Of a stretch of 64,000 bases of DNA, positions 34,559-45,076 are shown one piece after another (the stretch's first letter is position 1; each line of letters starts with the position of its first letter). The notes under the pieces were generated by a model. It made no database searches. It was not told where the DNA came from and worked only from the letters and a program-made list of their open reading frames with translations. The position numbers were made by a program, and so were the translations under genes. Origin of the DNA: Selenomonadaceae bacterium (lineage in GTDB: Bacteria > Bacillota > Negativicutes > Selenomonadales > Selenomonadaceae); assembly GCA_017634675.1 (NCBI GenBank), contig JAGBMX010000137.1:58118-122117 (forward strand). Reading direction: 5' to 3'.

Positions 34559-36019
34559 TTGGACAAACCTAAGTTTGCCTCGGTCGTTTTCTCTGCCTTT
34601 GCCCTACTCTTTTTTTTAGGTAACGGGCTTATTCCCATAAGCGACCCCGTAGAAGTCAACTACGCCATGACAGCCAAGGAAATGTTGGAGTCGGGGGACT
34701 ATGTATCGCCGCGTATTTACGGTAATCCGTGGTTCGATAAGCCGGTGTTCTTTTATTGGGAGATATTGGCGGCGTTTAAGTTTATAGGAATAACGGATTT
34801 TGCCGCAAGGTTTTTTCCCGCCCTCATGTCGTTGTTGGGACTTTTTCTTATTTATATATTCGCAGGCGTATTATACGGGAAAAAAGTAGGCATCTATTCG
34901 GTGATTATCCTTGGTACATCGTTGATTTATTGGTGTTTGTCAAAACTCATCATTACGGATACGACTCTGTTTTTCTTTATGAACGGCGCTCTTGTCGCTT
35001 TTTATTTGGCGTATAGTCAAAACATACCGAAATTATATTATCTTGCCTATTTATTTGCGGGTCTGTCGGTTTTGACGAAAGGTCCCGTAGGATTAGCGGT
35101 GCCGGGAGCGATTATACTTCTGTTCTTGCTCTGGGATAAAAACATAAAAGCCTTGCTAAAGATGAAATTATTAAGCGGGCTTGCGCTTTTTCTCCTTGTC
35201 TGCGCGCCTTGGTACATAGCCATGACGAACTTGCACGGCGACGCTTTTATAGATACGTTTTTGGGCGTGCATAACTATTTAAGGGCGACGGTTTCGGAAC
35301 ATCCCAAATGGGACGTTTGGTATTATTATACGGGCATATTTTTTATAGGCGCGTTTCCGTGGTGCTTTGCGCCGATAGCGGCGTTATATAGAAGGATAAA
35401 GGCTAAGAATTTTTCGCTTACGAGAGAGCAGAGATTTTTGATTGTGTGGGCTGTTTTTATTCCGGTTCTGTTTCAATGTATGGCGACAAAATATCCTACC
35501 TATTCTTTCCCCGCATTTTTCCCCGTCGCTATTTTGATTGCGCTTTTCTTAAAGGATAGGGAAAAATTGTTTAAAGGCGTTGCAATCTTTGCGTTTCTGT
35601 TTTCTGTTGCCGCTATCTCCTTTATAACGGTAAAAGGAGAAGAAAACGGTCATTTTGCGGGTAAACCCATAGGAATATATCTAAAAGATCACGCAACAAA
35701 AGACGATGTCATTTTAAGCATGGGAGACTATCGCGCTTCAATTCCTTTCTACAGCGGGAAAATCATGTATCAGCTAGATACAAAGGAGCGGATAGAAGAA
35801 CGGGAAAACAAAGGACTCGATTGGTCGAAAAAACAAGTTATGCCGTTCATCTCCTACGATGAAATACCTTGGGACAATCCAATTTATTTAGTGGTTGAAG
35901 AACATAAAGTAAGGGAATTTGATAAATTGAAAAATTCCAAGGAATGGAAGCTTATTATGACTTCCACAGAAAAGGATAAGGTTATATGGCTTTATAAAAA
36001 AGAGAAAATTGCAAAATAG
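34559..36019 (+). CDS. ArnT/PMT-like family 39 glycosyltransferase (copy 1)
   Basis: Multi-TM protein with DPVEVNYAMTAKEMLESGDYVSPRIYGNPWFDKPVFFYW. TTG start with AGGGAGG RBS. Confidence 0.8.
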   Translation: MDKPKFASVVFSAFALLFFLGNGLIPISDPVEVNYAMTAKEMLESGDYVSPRIYGNPWFDKPVFFYWEILAAFKFIGITDFAARFFPALMSLLGLFLIYIFAGVLYGKKVGIYSVIILGTSLIYWCLSKLIITDTTLFFFMNGALVAFYLAYSQNIPKLYYLAYLFAGLSVLTKGPVGLAVPGAIILLFLLWDKNIKALLKMKLLSGLALFLLVCAPWYIAMTNLHGDAFIDTFLGVHNYLRATVSEHPKWDVWYYYTGIFFIGAFPWCFAPIAALYRRIKAKNFSLTREQRFLIVWAVFIPVLFQCMATKYPTYSFPAFFPVAILIALFLKDREKLFKGVAIFAFLFSVAAISFITVKGEENGHFAGKPIGIYLKDHATKDDVILSMGDYRASIPFYSGKIMYQLDTKERIEERENKGLDWSKKQVMPFISYDEIPWDNPIYLVVEEHKVREFDKLKNSKEWKLIMTSTEKDKVIWLYKKEKIAK

Positions 36020-36039
36020 TTTAAAAGGGGAGAATTGAT

Positions 36040-37518
36040 ATGGTGAGGATTTTGATATTATTGCTTGTATCGGTTCTTCTTTTTTTTGTGGGAAATAATC
36101 TTTTACCATTTACGGATCCTGTTGAGGGTAATTATACTCAAACCGCGAAGGAAATGCTGTTTTCGGGGGATTATTTTTCGCCCAGAATTTACGGGGGTTA
36201 TTGGTACGATAAGCCTGTGTTCTTTTATTGGGAACTTATAGCGGCTTATAAAATGTTTGGCATAAACGAATTTGCCGCAAGATTTTTTCCTGCGCTTATG
36301 GCGACTTTGGGCGTGTTTGCCACATATTTCTTCGGTAGAAAATTATTTGATAAAATCGTCGGTTTTATCGCGGCCGTAATTTTAATGACGTCTCTTGAAT
36401 ATTGGTATATCGCTCATGCGGTTATAACCGATATGACGCTCTTTTTAACGGTGTCGCTTACTCTGATATTCTTTTATGTAGGTTATACCGAAAATCGTTC
36501 GAGATATTTTTACGCGGCGTATTTTATGTCGGCTATAGCTGTGCTTACAAAAGGACCTATCGGGCTGTGTCTGCCGGGGCTTATTATACTTTTGTTTTTG
36601 CTTTCCGAGAAGAATTTAGGATACTTAAAAAAACTCTGTATTCCCACGGGGATGATTTTATTTTTAGCAGTTGTTTCAACGTGGTACTATCCCATGTATA
36701 AAATCCACGGTTCGGATTTTATAATGACATTTTTGGGCGTGCATAATGTTTTGAGAGCCTCGGTTTCGGAACACCCCGAGGTGAATGTGTGGTATTATTA
36801 TACTCTCGTATTTATAGCTGGCTTTTTCCCTTGGAGTTTCTATGTGATTCCTAAGGTTATAAAAAAATATTACGCTAAATTAAGAGAGAAATTAGCGTTT
36901 CCAAAATTTGACAAAAGCCAAAAATTTCTTTTAATCTGGGCTGTTGCGGTTTTCGTTGTGTTCCAGAGTTTTGCCACCAAATATGTTACTTATACATTGC
37001 CTTATATGATGCCGATTGCGATTTTGTTTGCCTTGGTTATAAAGGAAAACATCAAAATTTTTAAGATAACGGCTGTTGCTATTACTGTTCTTTTGCCCAT
37101 ACTCCTCTTTACCGTTGCTATTCCCATGTGCGAAAAGAATTCGGAAAAGGACGCGGCGGCGGTTATGAAGACTTATGCGAATAACGGCGCATATTTAATA
37201 TCCGTTGGCGGGCGTTATCCCACTACGTTGGTGTTTTATTCCGATTGCGAAATTGTGCGGGTTGACAACAGAAAGAGAGTAATGACTCTAAGACCTAACG
37301 GGCTTACATGGAAAGCGACCAACGTCATGCCGATTCTTCCCTTTGACGCATTGCCGGAAAATCGTGATATTGTGGCGTTCGTGCGAAAAAAGCAAAAAGA
37401 CGATTTTTTGCGCCATGTTAAGGGGAAGTGGAATTTGGTGGACGAAACGAGGACGGCTTATATATATGAAAGAAAGCGTCTGACTATACCCAATTATTTT
37501 TATGAGGAACAAAGATGA
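36040..37518 (+). CDS. ArnT/PMT-like family 39 glycosyltransferase (copy 2, tandem paralogue)
   Basis: DPVEGNYTQTAKEMLFSGDYFSPRIYGGYWYDKPVFFYW; collinear with copy 1. Confidence 0.8.
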   Translation: MVRILILLLVSVLLFFVGNNLLPFTDPVEGNYTQTAKEMLFSGDYFSPRIYGGYWYDKPVFFYWELIAAYKMFGINEFAARFFPALMATLGVFATYFFGRKLFDKIVGFIAAVILMTSLEYWYIAHAVITDMTLFLTVSLTLIFFYVGYTENRSRYFYAAYFMSAIAVLTKGPIGLCLPGLIILLFLLSEKNLGYLKKLCIPTGMILFLAVVSTWYYPMYKIHGSDFIMTFLGVHNVLRASVSEHPEVNVWYYYTLVFIAGFFPWSFYVIPKVIKKYYAKLREKLAFPKFDKSQKFLLIWAVAVFVVFQSFATKYVTYTLPYMMPIAILFALVIKENIKIFKITAVAITVLLPILLFTVAIPMCEKNSEKDAAAVMKTYANNGAYLISVGGRYPTTLVFYSDCEIVRVDNRKRVMTLRPNGLTWKATNVMPILPFDALPENRDIVAFVRKKQKDDFLRHVKGKWNLVDETRTAYIYERKRLTIPNYFYEEQR

Positions 37519-38882
37519 AGCGTGATATTCCCGTTATTTTAGGCAAGACGTACGAAATAAATATAGAGTCGTTGGGCGCTTTCGGCGAGGGCGTGGGCAG
37601 AGTTGACGGTTTTACGGTCTTTATTGACGGCGCGCTTAAAAACGAAAAAGTTTTGGGGAAAGTTACCGAAGTAAAGAAAAATTACGCAGTTTGCAGTTTA
37701 GAAAAAATTTTAGAGAAAAGCCCCGACAGAATCGAGCCTATTTGCCCACTCTTTTACGAATGCGGCGGTTGTCAGCTTCAACATCTTTCGTATGATGCGC
37801 AACTTGCTTATAAATATGAATTGGTTAAGGATTTAATTCAAAGGATAGGCAAGATAAAAGATGCGGAAATTCTTCCCGTGTTAGGAGCTGAAAATCCCCT
37901 GCATTACCGGAACAAGATGCAGTTCCCCGTGAAGAAAGAAGGGGGAAAAGTCGTCATCGGCTGTTTTAAAAGGGGCACTCACAAGGTTATTGATTCAATT
38001 CATTGTTATATAGAAAACGAAAGCAACAACGAACTTGTGAACGCCGCGAGGGAGATTATAAACAAGCTGAAAATTCCCGTATATGATGAAGATACCCACA
38101 GGGGCGTAATTCGTCATATAATGGGCAGAGTAGGGGAGAAAGGCGCATTAATGGCGGTTATCGTCACAGCAACAAAGGAATTTCCAAAGGGTAAGGAGTT
38201 TTCAAAGCTTTTAAGGGAAAGACTGCCCAATTTGGTGAGTATACATCAAAACATACAAACTTACCATAACAATGTAATACTAGGTAGGGACACGGTAAAA
38301 CTTTTCGGTAAGGAAACCATTTACGATAAAATCGGAAAGTTGCGTTTTCATATTTCGCCGCGTTCGTTTTTTCAGGTAAATACCAAACAGGCGGAGGTTT
38401 TATATGAAACGGCACTGCGTTTTGCGGGACTTACCGGAAATGAAACTGTTATAGACGCATATTGCGGAACCGGTACAATATCGCTTTTTTTGGCGCAAAA
38501 GGCAAAAAAAGTTTACGGAGTGGAAATAGTATCCTCCGCTATAGCGGACGCAAAAAAGAATGCCAGAGAGAACAACATACGAAACGCTGAATTTATCGTT
38601 GGCGATGCGATAAAAGTATTGCCTAAGCTTTATAAAACTGGAGTAAGGGCTGATGTGATAGTTTTAGACCCGCCAAGAGCGGGAACTACTGAAATTGTGC
38701 TTGAAACTTTTGCGAGAATGCAGCCCAACCGCATAGTATATGTTTCGTGTAACCCGGCGACTTTAGCGAGAGATTTGGCATTTTTAGAAACCCTCAATTA
38801 CAAAACGAAAAAAATTCAGCCCGTGGATATGTTTCCGCAAACGAATTCGGTGGAAAGCGTTGCGTTGGTAGAAAGAGCGTAA
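37515..38882 (+). CDS. rlmD: 23S rRNA (uracil-C5)-methyltransferase RlmD/RumA family
   Basis: TRAM domain, Fe-S Cys cluster CPLFYECGGCQLQH, SAM motif DAYCGTGT, and catalytic VYVSCNPATLARD. Confidence 0.9.
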   Translation: MKRDIPVILGKTYEINIESLGAFGEGVGRVDGFTVFIDGALKNEKVLGKVTEVKKNYAVCSLEKILEKSPDRIEPICPLFYECGGCQLQHLSYDAQLAYKYELVKDLIQRIGKIKDAEILPVLGAENPLHYRNKMQFPVKKEGGKVVIGCFKRGTHKVIDSIHCYIENESNNELVNAAREIINKLKIPVYDEDTHRGVIRHIMGRVGEKGALMAVIVTATKEFPKGKEFSKLLRERLPNLVSIHQNIQTYHNNVILGRDTVKLFGKETIYDKIGKLRFHISPRSFFQVNTKQAEVLYETALRFAGLTGNETVIDAYCGTGTISLFLAQKAKKVYGVEIVSSAIADAKKNARENNIRNAEFIVGDAIKVLPKLYKTGVRADVIVLDPPRAGTTEIVLETFARMQPNRIVYVSCNPATLARDLAFLETLNYKTKKIQPVDMFPQTNSVESVALVERA

Positions 38883-38894
38883 GGAGCGAAGATT

Positions 38895-39389
38895 TTGCAT
38901 ATTGTTTTGATAGAACCCGAAATTCCCGGAAATACCGGAAATATCGCAAGGCTTTGCGCAGGGACGGGTATAGACTTGCATCTTGTAAAACCTTTGGGAT
39001 TTTCGGTTGACGATAAACATTTGAAACGTGCGGGGCTTGATTATTGGCATTTGGTATCGGTGCATTATCACGAAAACTTTGACGAGGTACTGCAAAAATA
39101 TAACGGTAATAAATTTCATTTTTGTTCTACAAAAGCCGCAAAGATTTATTCCGACACAACATTCGGCAAAGACGATTTATTGGTGTTTGGAAAGGAAACG
39201 GCGGGAATCCCCGAAAATATTTTGAAAGCGCATTGGGAAGATACCGTAAGAATACCCATGCAAGAAGGGGCGCGTTCGCTTAATCTCTCAAACGCCGTTG
39301 CGGTGGTGGCTTACGAGGCGCTCCGCCAACAGCAATTTTTGGCGCTTTTAAAATCGGGACCAGGGCTTAGAATGGATGGTAATTCATGA
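38895..39389 (+). CDS. trmL: tRNA (cytidine/uridine-2'-O)-methyltransferase TrmL (SpoU family)
   Basis: IVLIEPEIPGNTGNIARLC, LLVFGKETAGIP and RSLNLSNAVAVV. Confidence 0.9.
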   Translation: MHIVLIEPEIPGNTGNIARLCAGTGIDLHLVKPLGFSVDDKHLKRAGLDYWHLVSVHYHENFDEVLQKYNGNKFHFCSTKAAKIYSDTTFGKDDLLVFGKETAGIPENILKAHWEDTVRIPMQEGARSLNLSNAVAVVAYEALRQQQFLALLKSGPGLRMDGNS

Positions 39390-40306
39390 AAAACAAAGAC
39401 GAATTTTTAAAAGAGGCAAAAAGCGTTTTGAAAGCGGGGCGGATTTTGGAAAACGCTCCGATGAAGGACTATACGACTTTTCACATAGGCGGTCCCGCAG
39501 ATTTTCTGGTGTTTCCCGCCTCAATGGAAGAAGTGAGCGGAATGTTTTCCCTCTTTTCCCGTTATGAAATTCCGTATATGATTTTAGGCAACGGCTCTAA
39601 TGTGCTTGTGCGGGACAAGGGAGTAAGAGGTGCGATTTTAAAATTCGGCGAACCTTTTTCAAAGATAGAACTTGCAAGCGATACGGAAATCGTGGCGGGG
39701 GCGGGAGCGTCCCTTAAAGACGTGGCGACCTTCGCGGCGGACAACGAACTTACAGGGCTTGAATTTGCCATAGGGATCCCAGGCAGTATAGGCGGCGCGG
39801 TATTTATGAATGCCGGAGCTTACGGCAGCGAGATGAAAAACGTAGTCGAAAAAGTCCGTTCGGTTTCGCCAGACGGCGCTTTTCACGAATTTTGGGCAAA
39901 CGAACTTGGTTTATCTTATAGGCAAAGTATTTTTCAAAATAACAATCATGCGATAACCGCAGTAAAACTTCGTCTTTCTAAAGGCGAAGGAGAAACCATT
40001 CGCTTTAAGATGGAAGACTTGACCAAAAGACGCGAAGAAAAGCAACCTCTTGAAATGCCCAGCGCAGGAAGTACCTTTAAACGTCCAACCGGATATTTTG
40101 CCGGTACTTTAATTGACCAAACAGGATTAAAGGGATTAAGAGTAGGCGGCGCGGAGGTTTCAAAAAAACACGCAGGTTTTGTTATAAACAGGGGTGACGC
40201 TACGGCGGAGGACGTGCTAAATCTTATCGAAGAAGTAAAGCGTCGGGTTTTTGAGGCTCACGGAGTTAAACTTTATCCCGAAGTCAGAATTGTGGGCGAA
40301 GAATGA
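39386..40306 (+). CDS. murB: UDP-N-acetylenolpyruvoylglucosamine reductase
   Basis: YTTFHIGGPADFLVFP, ILGNGSNVLV and PSAGSTFKRP. Confidence 0.95.
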   Translation: MKNKDEFLKEAKSVLKAGRILENAPMKDYTTFHIGGPADFLVFPASMEEVSGMFSLFSRYEIPYMILGNGSNVLVRDKGVRGAILKFGEPFSKIELASDTEIVAGAGASLKDVATFAADNELTGLEFAIGIPGSIGGAVFMNAGAYGSEMKNVVEKVRSVSPDGAFHEFWANELGLSYRQSIFQNNNHAITAVKLRLSKGEGETIRFKMEDLTKRREEKQPLEMPSAGSTFKRPTGYFAGTLIDQTGLKGLRVGGAEVSKKHAGFVINRGDATAEDVLNLIEEVKRRVFEAHGVKLYPEVRIVGEE

Positions 40307-40318
40307 GGTGCGTTACTG

Positions 40319-40978
40319 ATGATAATTTACGCTGTGCATGAGGGCGGAAAATATTTGCCAGTTCGGGAGAGTTTTAATGTAAAGCCCGAAGGAAAACGGG
40401 GGATTTATGTAAATTTAACCAATCGTTGCAACTGTTCTTGCGTTTTTTGTCTGCGTTCAAAAAAGGATATGGATGAGGATGCGAGCCTTTGGATAAAAGA
40501 AGAACCGACGGTTGACGAAGTAAAGCGAGAAATTGAAGCTCTTCCCATTGATATGGTATCAGAAATTGTGTTTTGCGGTTTTGGGGAACCGACCATCAGG
40601 CAGGACGATTTAGTTAAACTTTTGAAGTATGTAAAGCAAGAATATAAGAACATACCCACAAGGATTAACACTAACGGGCTTGGAGAACTTTACAACAAAA
40701 GAGAGATAGCAAAAGAATTTGAAGGCATATTAGATACGGTTTCAATAAGTTTAAACGCCTCAAACGCAAAGCGTTATCTTGAGCTTACGAGAGCCAAATA
40801 CGGGGAGCAATCCTTTGAAGCTATGCTTACGTTTGCCGAACACGCAAAAAAATACGTGCCAAACGTAGTGATGACCGTTGTGGAAAAGGTTGAAGACGAG
40901 GAAGAAATAGAAAAATGCCGCAATCTTTGCGACTCAAGAGGGCTTAAACTTCGAGTTAGAACTTATGAGGACAAGTGA
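40319..40978 (+). CDS. small radical SAM protein
   Basis: VNLTNRCNCSCVFCLR (CX3CX2C) and FCGFGEPT. Confidence 0.75.
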   Translation: MIIYAVHEGGKYLPVRESFNVKPEGKRGIYVNLTNRCNCSCVFCLRSKKDMDEDASLWIKEEPTVDEVKREIEALPIDMVSEIVFCGFGEPTIRQDDLVKLLKYVKQEYKNIPTRINTNGLGELYNKREIAKEFEGILDTVSISLNASNAKRYLELTRAKYGEQSFEAMLTFAEHAKKYVPNVVMTVVEKVEDEEEIEKCRNLCDSRGLKLRVRTYEDK

Positions 40979-40982
40979 TGTT

Positions 40983-41675
40983 ATGAGGGGAACTTTTTAC
41001 GGAATTGGCGTTGGTCCCGGCGACAGCGAACTTCTGACATTAAAAGCGGTTAAAATTTTGCATAATATCGATGTTGTCATAGCTCCCAAAACAGAAAAAA
41101 ACGAAGGCAGTATCGCCCTTGATATTGTAAAGCCTTATTTAAATGAAGATGTGGAGATTTGTTATCAAGTATTTTCGATGGTAAAAGATTTTCAAAAAGA
41201 TTTTTCACTGTGGGAACAAAATAAAATTGAAATCAAAGCGATTTTGGACGCGGGAAAAAACGCGGCTTTTTTGACCCTCGGCGACCCTATGTTTTACAGC
41301 ACTTATATTTATATTTTTAAGTTGTTGCAAAAGGACGGAGTAAAAATTGAAACCGTGCCGGGGATTCCTGCGTTTGTCGCTATTGCGGCAAAATATAACC
41401 AACCGATAGTAGAAGGCAACGATATTTTGTCGATTATTCCCGCCACGGCGAATGCGTCGGAAATTGAAGCCGCTTTGACACATTCTGATGCTGCGGTGTT
41501 GATGAAAGTTTATAAAAATTTAAATGATATAGAACGAACGCTTGAAATTTGCGGCTATGGTGATACGCTTATGGTGAGCAGATTAGGCTTTGATGATGAG
41601 AAAAACATTGATTTAAAAACTTTTGACGGTGCGGATTTAAATTATCTTTCGACAATACTTGCGAGAAGGAAATAG
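40983..41675 (+). CDS. cbiL: precorrin-2/cobalt-factor-2 C20-methyltransferase
   Basis: GTFYGIGVGPGDSELLTLKAV, FLTLGDPMFYST and VPGIPAF. The ORF-track start is 40965. Confidence 0.85.
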   Translation: MRGTFYGIGVGPGDSELLTLKAVKILHNIDVVIAPKTEKNEGSIALDIVKPYLNEDVEICYQVFSMVKDFQKDFSLWEQNKIEIKAILDAGKNAAFLTLGDPMFYSTYIYIFKLLQKDGVKIETVPGIPAFVAIAAKYNQPIVEGNDILSIIPATANASEIEAALTHSDAAVLMKVYKNLNDIERTLEICGYGDTLMVSRLGFDDEKNIDLKTFDGADLNYLSTILARRK

Positions 41676-41689
41676 AAAAGAGGGTTGCC

Positions 41690-42640
41690 ATGCTTAATAT
41701 TTACTGTTCTGACAACGATGGCGCGCTTCAGGAATTAACCCTTGATACGCTTAAGACTGGGGCTTGGATCAGTATAACCGACCCTACTCCTTATGAGTTA
41801 AAACTTGTTGGCGAGGTAACAGAGGTAGAGCCGGATTTTCTGCGCTCGGCGCTTGACGACGAGGAGCGTTCTCATACGGATGTTGAAGATAACGCAGTGT
41901 TAGTATTGACGAATGTGCCTGTTGTGCGTGACGGAGAATACGACGCTTTGCCGCTTGGCGTAATTTTAACGGAGGATTATATAATAACTGTATGTCTCGA
42001 AGAAACTCCAGTAATGGCTGAATTTAATGTACGCACGGCAAAACTTTTCCGCACTTTTAAGCGAACTCGCTTTTTGTTTCAAATTTTATATAAATCCGTG
42101 ACATACTATCTGAAATATTTGCGGCAAATCAGCCGCCAATCCGAAGAAATCGAAGACCGTTTAAGAGTGTCTATGAAAAATAAAGATATTTTAAGGCTTT
42201 TAGAATTGCAAAAGGGCTTGACGTATTTTAATGCGGCTCTGCGTTCGGATGGCGTGGTGCTTGATAAACTTCTTAGGCATCGCACAAATCATGGGTCAAC
42301 GAATATCATTCGCATATATGAAGAGGACGAGGAACTTTTGGAGGACGTTATAATCGAAAACAAGCAGGCGCGTGAAATGGTCGAGATGTATGGTAAAATT
42401 TTAGCAAGACAGGCGGATACGTTTTCGTCCATAATTTCCAACAACCAGAACTCGGTCATGAAATTTTTGGCGGCTATAACCATAATTATCGCTATTCCAA
42501 CCGTTATAGCAAGCTTTTTCGGCATGAACGTTCCGATTCCTTTCGGCGAAAACCAAAACGGATTTTTATATATAATGCTTATCGCCGTAAGCGGATCGGG
42601 AGCCTTAGCCTATGCTTTTTGGCGAAGGAATATGTTCTGA
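41690..42640 (+). CDS. corA: CorA-family magnesium/cobalt transporter
   Basis: C-terminal two TM helices with the FGMNVP (GMN) motif. Confidence 0.88.
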   Translation: MLNIYCSDNDGALQELTLDTLKTGAWISITDPTPYELKLVGEVTEVEPDFLRSALDDEERSHTDVEDNAVLVLTNVPVVRDGEYDALPLGVILTEDYIITVCLEETPVMAEFNVRTAKLFRTFKRTRFLFQILYKSVTYYLKYLRQISRQSEEIEDRLRVSMKNKDILRLLELQKGLTYFNAALRSDGVVLDKLLRHRTNHGSTNIIRIYEEDEELLEDVIIENKQAREMVEMYGKILARQADTFSSIISNNQNSVMKFLAAITIIIAIPTVIASFFGMNVPIPFGENQNGFLYIMLIAVSGSGALAYAFWRRNMF

Positions 42641-43089
42641 TGAAAGATGCCGATTATATGCGTCTGGCGATTGCAGAGGCGAAAAAAGCCTCCGATATGG
42701 GAGAAGTTCCTGTAGGAGCGGTTATCATTGACGAAGATGGAGAAGTTATCGCAAAAGCGCATAATCTAAGAGAAACTTCAAACGATCCAACGGCTCACGC
42801 AGAGATTTTAGCTATCCGAAACGCCGGCGAAAAACTTCGTAAATGGCGGCTTGAGGATTTAACGCTATACGTTACGTTAGAACCGTGCCCTATGTGCGCA
42901 GGAGCGATTTTGGAAAGCCGAATCGGACGCTTGGTATACGGCGCGATGGATATAAGGCGAGGTGGAGTAGAGTCAATTTTTGCGCTGTTGTGGCATAAAG
43001 AAATTAGCAGTAACACAGAGATAAGAGCGGGCGTTTTGGAAGATGAATGTAAAGAGTTGTTAGAGAAATTTTTCACAGAAAAAAGATGA
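42640..43089 (+). CDS. tadA: tRNA adenosine(34) deaminase
   Basis: HAE and PCPMCAGA zinc motifs. ATG overlaps the corA stop (TGATG). Confidence 0.92.
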   Translation: MKDADYMRLAIAEAKKASDMGEVPVGAVIIDEDGEVIAKAHNLRETSNDPTAHAEILAIRNAGEKLRKWRLEDLTLYVTLEPCPMCAGAILESRIGRLVYGAMDIRRGGVESIFALLWHKEISSNTEIRAGVLEDECKELLEKFFTEKR

Positions 43090-43315
43090 TTGATCCACGT
43101 CAAATTATTTAGAGAATAAAGAGTGTATAATAACCTCTTTAAGAACATAAGAAACATCGTCAATGGTTAAATACCAATTACCGCTAAAAGTTTTGACTAC
43201 CAAATCTCTTTTGTAGTAAACGAGGTAGGAAACGAGATACTTTTTTAATTGACAAAGAAAAAATAAGTTCTTATAATGATAAGGAAATTTGTATGATTTA
43301 AAGGAGTGCGTTTAC

Positions 43316-44710
43316 ATGGCCAAACCTGTAAAAATTATGGAAACCGTGCTTCGCGACGGACATCAGTCTCTTCTTGCCACTCGAATGCGTATTGAAGATA
43401 TGTTGCCAGAACTTGGCGCTCTTGACAAAATAGGCTATAAAGCCCTTGAGGCTTGGGGCGGCGCCACATTCGACACTTGTCTTCGTTTTTTGAATGAGGA
43501 TCCTTGGGAAAGACTTAGGACACTTAAACAAAATTTAAAAACCCCGATTCAAATGCTCTTAAGAGGGCAAAATTTATTGGGATATAATCATTATTCCAAC
43601 GATGTGGTTGAAAAATTTGTACAAAAAGCATCCGAACATGGTGTGGGCGTATTCCGTATATTCGATGCTTTAAATGACGTGCGAAATTTAAAAGTAGCGA
43701 TTAATGCTGCTCTTAACTGCCCTGAAAAACCTGAAGTTCAGGGTTGCCTTGTATATACCATAAGTCCGGTTCACACTAACGAGTCTTTTGTAGAGCTTGC
43801 AAAGGAACTAAAAAATATGGGATGTCATTCCGTTTGCATAAAGGATATGTCCGGTCTTTTGAAACCTTATGTAGCGGAGGACCTTATTAAAAAGTTGAAA
43901 GAAGGATTGGGTGAAGATTTCCCTATCGACTTACATACTCATTGCACTTCGGGTTTCGGTCACGCTACATATTTAAAGGCAGTCGAAGCAGGAGTAGATA
44001 TTATAGATTGCGCTCTTGCTCCTTTTTCAAGTGATACGTCACAACCTTGCACCGAAACCATGGTAGCTGCCCTTGAAGGCACAGAGCGTGATACTAAATT
44101 AGATCGTGCGGCTATTTCAGCGATTTCTAAAAATTTTATAGCGGTAAAACAGCGTATTATAAAGGAATTCAATTTAAAAGGTTATTTTGATGTTAATCCC
44201 AACGTGCTTGATTTCCAGATTCCTGGCGGTATGCTTTCAAATCTTGCCAATCAATTAAAGGAAAACGGTATGGAAGATCGTTATCAGGATCTTTTGGCGG
44301 AAATGCCAAGAGTTAGAAAAGACGTTGGTTATCCGCCGTTGGTTACTCCTTCCAGTCAAATCGTCGGTACAATGGCAACATTTAATGTAATGACAGCCCC
44401 GCACAGATATAAAATGGTACCAAACGAATTTAAGGATCTTGCCCGCGGTAAATTCGGTCGTTGCCCGGTGCCTGTTGATAAGCGATTCCTAACCGATACT
44501 CTCAAAATAAAAGAATCAGATATTATAGATGATTGCTCCATTGAGGACGCAAAGGGAATGTCGTTTAACGATTTTGCAGAAGAGATGAAGGCTAAAGGCT
44601 ATCTTAATCCGTCCGAAGAAGATGTGCTCAGTTATGCCCTTTTCCCGCAAGTGGCCGAGGAATTTTTCAAAAAACATTACAGTCCGATAACGGCGTATGT
44701 AAAAAAATAA
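43316..44710 (+). CDS. oxaloacetate decarboxylase alpha / transcarboxylase 5S-type carboxyltransferase subunit (no biotinyl domain seen)
   Basis: IMETVLRDGHQSLLATRM and a TIM-barrel carboxyltransferase region. The protein ends without an AMKM biotin motif. Confidence 0.85.
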   Translation: MAKPVKIMETVLRDGHQSLLATRMRIEDMLPELGALDKIGYKALEAWGGATFDTCLRFLNEDPWERLRTLKQNLKTPIQMLLRGQNLLGYNHYSNDVVEKFVQKASEHGVGVFRIFDALNDVRNLKVAINAALNCPEKPEVQGCLVYTISPVHTNESFVELAKELKNMGCHSVCIKDMSGLLKPYVAEDLIKKLKEGLGEDFPIDLHTHCTSGFGHATYLKAVEAGVDIIDCALAPFSSDTSQPCTETMVAALEGTERDTKLDRAAISAISKNFIAVKQRIIKEFNLKGYFDVNPNVLDFQIPGGMLSNLANQLKENGMEDRYQDLLAEMPRVRKDVGYPPLVTPSSQIVGTMATFNVMTAPHRYKMVPNEFKDLARGKFGRCPVPVDKRFLTDTLKIKESDIIDDCSIEDAKGMSFNDFAEEMKAKGYLNPSEEDVLSYALFPQVAEEFFKKHYSPITAYVKK

Positions 44711-44729
44711 ATGTATCTCGAGAACTGAT

Positions 44730-44965
44730 AGGTTTTTGGGTCAGATTGTAGATAAATCAATAAAATTACAATAAAAATTGTGCTTTTCATGGTGCTCCTT
44801 CCGCCTTTCTGGCACCTTCCTCTGATATAGAGGCGCTATGATTGTTGCTTTTGCGCCTTTATTTTCAGCTTGAGCTAAAAGAAAGCCCTGTCCCAGAGGA
44901 GGGTAGGGGAGTGTCCCCTGAAGATAGGTGGAAATGGAAAGTAACAACAGTGATTCTGCATTCTG
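44730..44965 (-). repeat. MITE-like element, family H, copy C, inserted in the terminator of the carboxyltransferase gene
   Basis: Flanked by the 14-bp direct repeat TCTCGAGAACTGAT at 44716-44729 and 44966-44979. The core matches family H in inverted orientation. Confidence 0.7.
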
Positions 44966-44968
44966 TCT

Positions 44969-44996
44969 CGAGAACTGATGAGTTCTCGTTTTTTTA
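44969..44996 (+). terminator. rho-independent terminator of the carboxyltransferase gene
   Basis: CGAGAAC-TGATGA-GTTCTCG followed by TTTTTTT. Confidence 0.8.
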
Positions 44997-45005
44997 TATT
45001 TTATA

Positions 45006-45056
45006 TTGACAACCTGTCGATTTTAATTTATTATTATTCTGACACGAAGTAAATTA
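45006..45056 (+). promoter_or_regulatory. promoter/operator of the TetR gene
   Basis: TTGACA-N17-TATTAT, with the palindrome GACAAcCTGTC overlapping -35 and the box GACACGAAGTAAATTA downstream. Confidence 0.55.
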
Positions 45057-45076
45057 TTTATGACAAAGGAGAAGAT

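Noticed and set aside
43090-43315. A possible SRP RNA or tRNA after tadA, which is a common location in Firmicutes.
   Set aside because: I see no cloverleaf-compatible sequence or SRP domain IV motif. The sequence is AT-rich and promoter-like.
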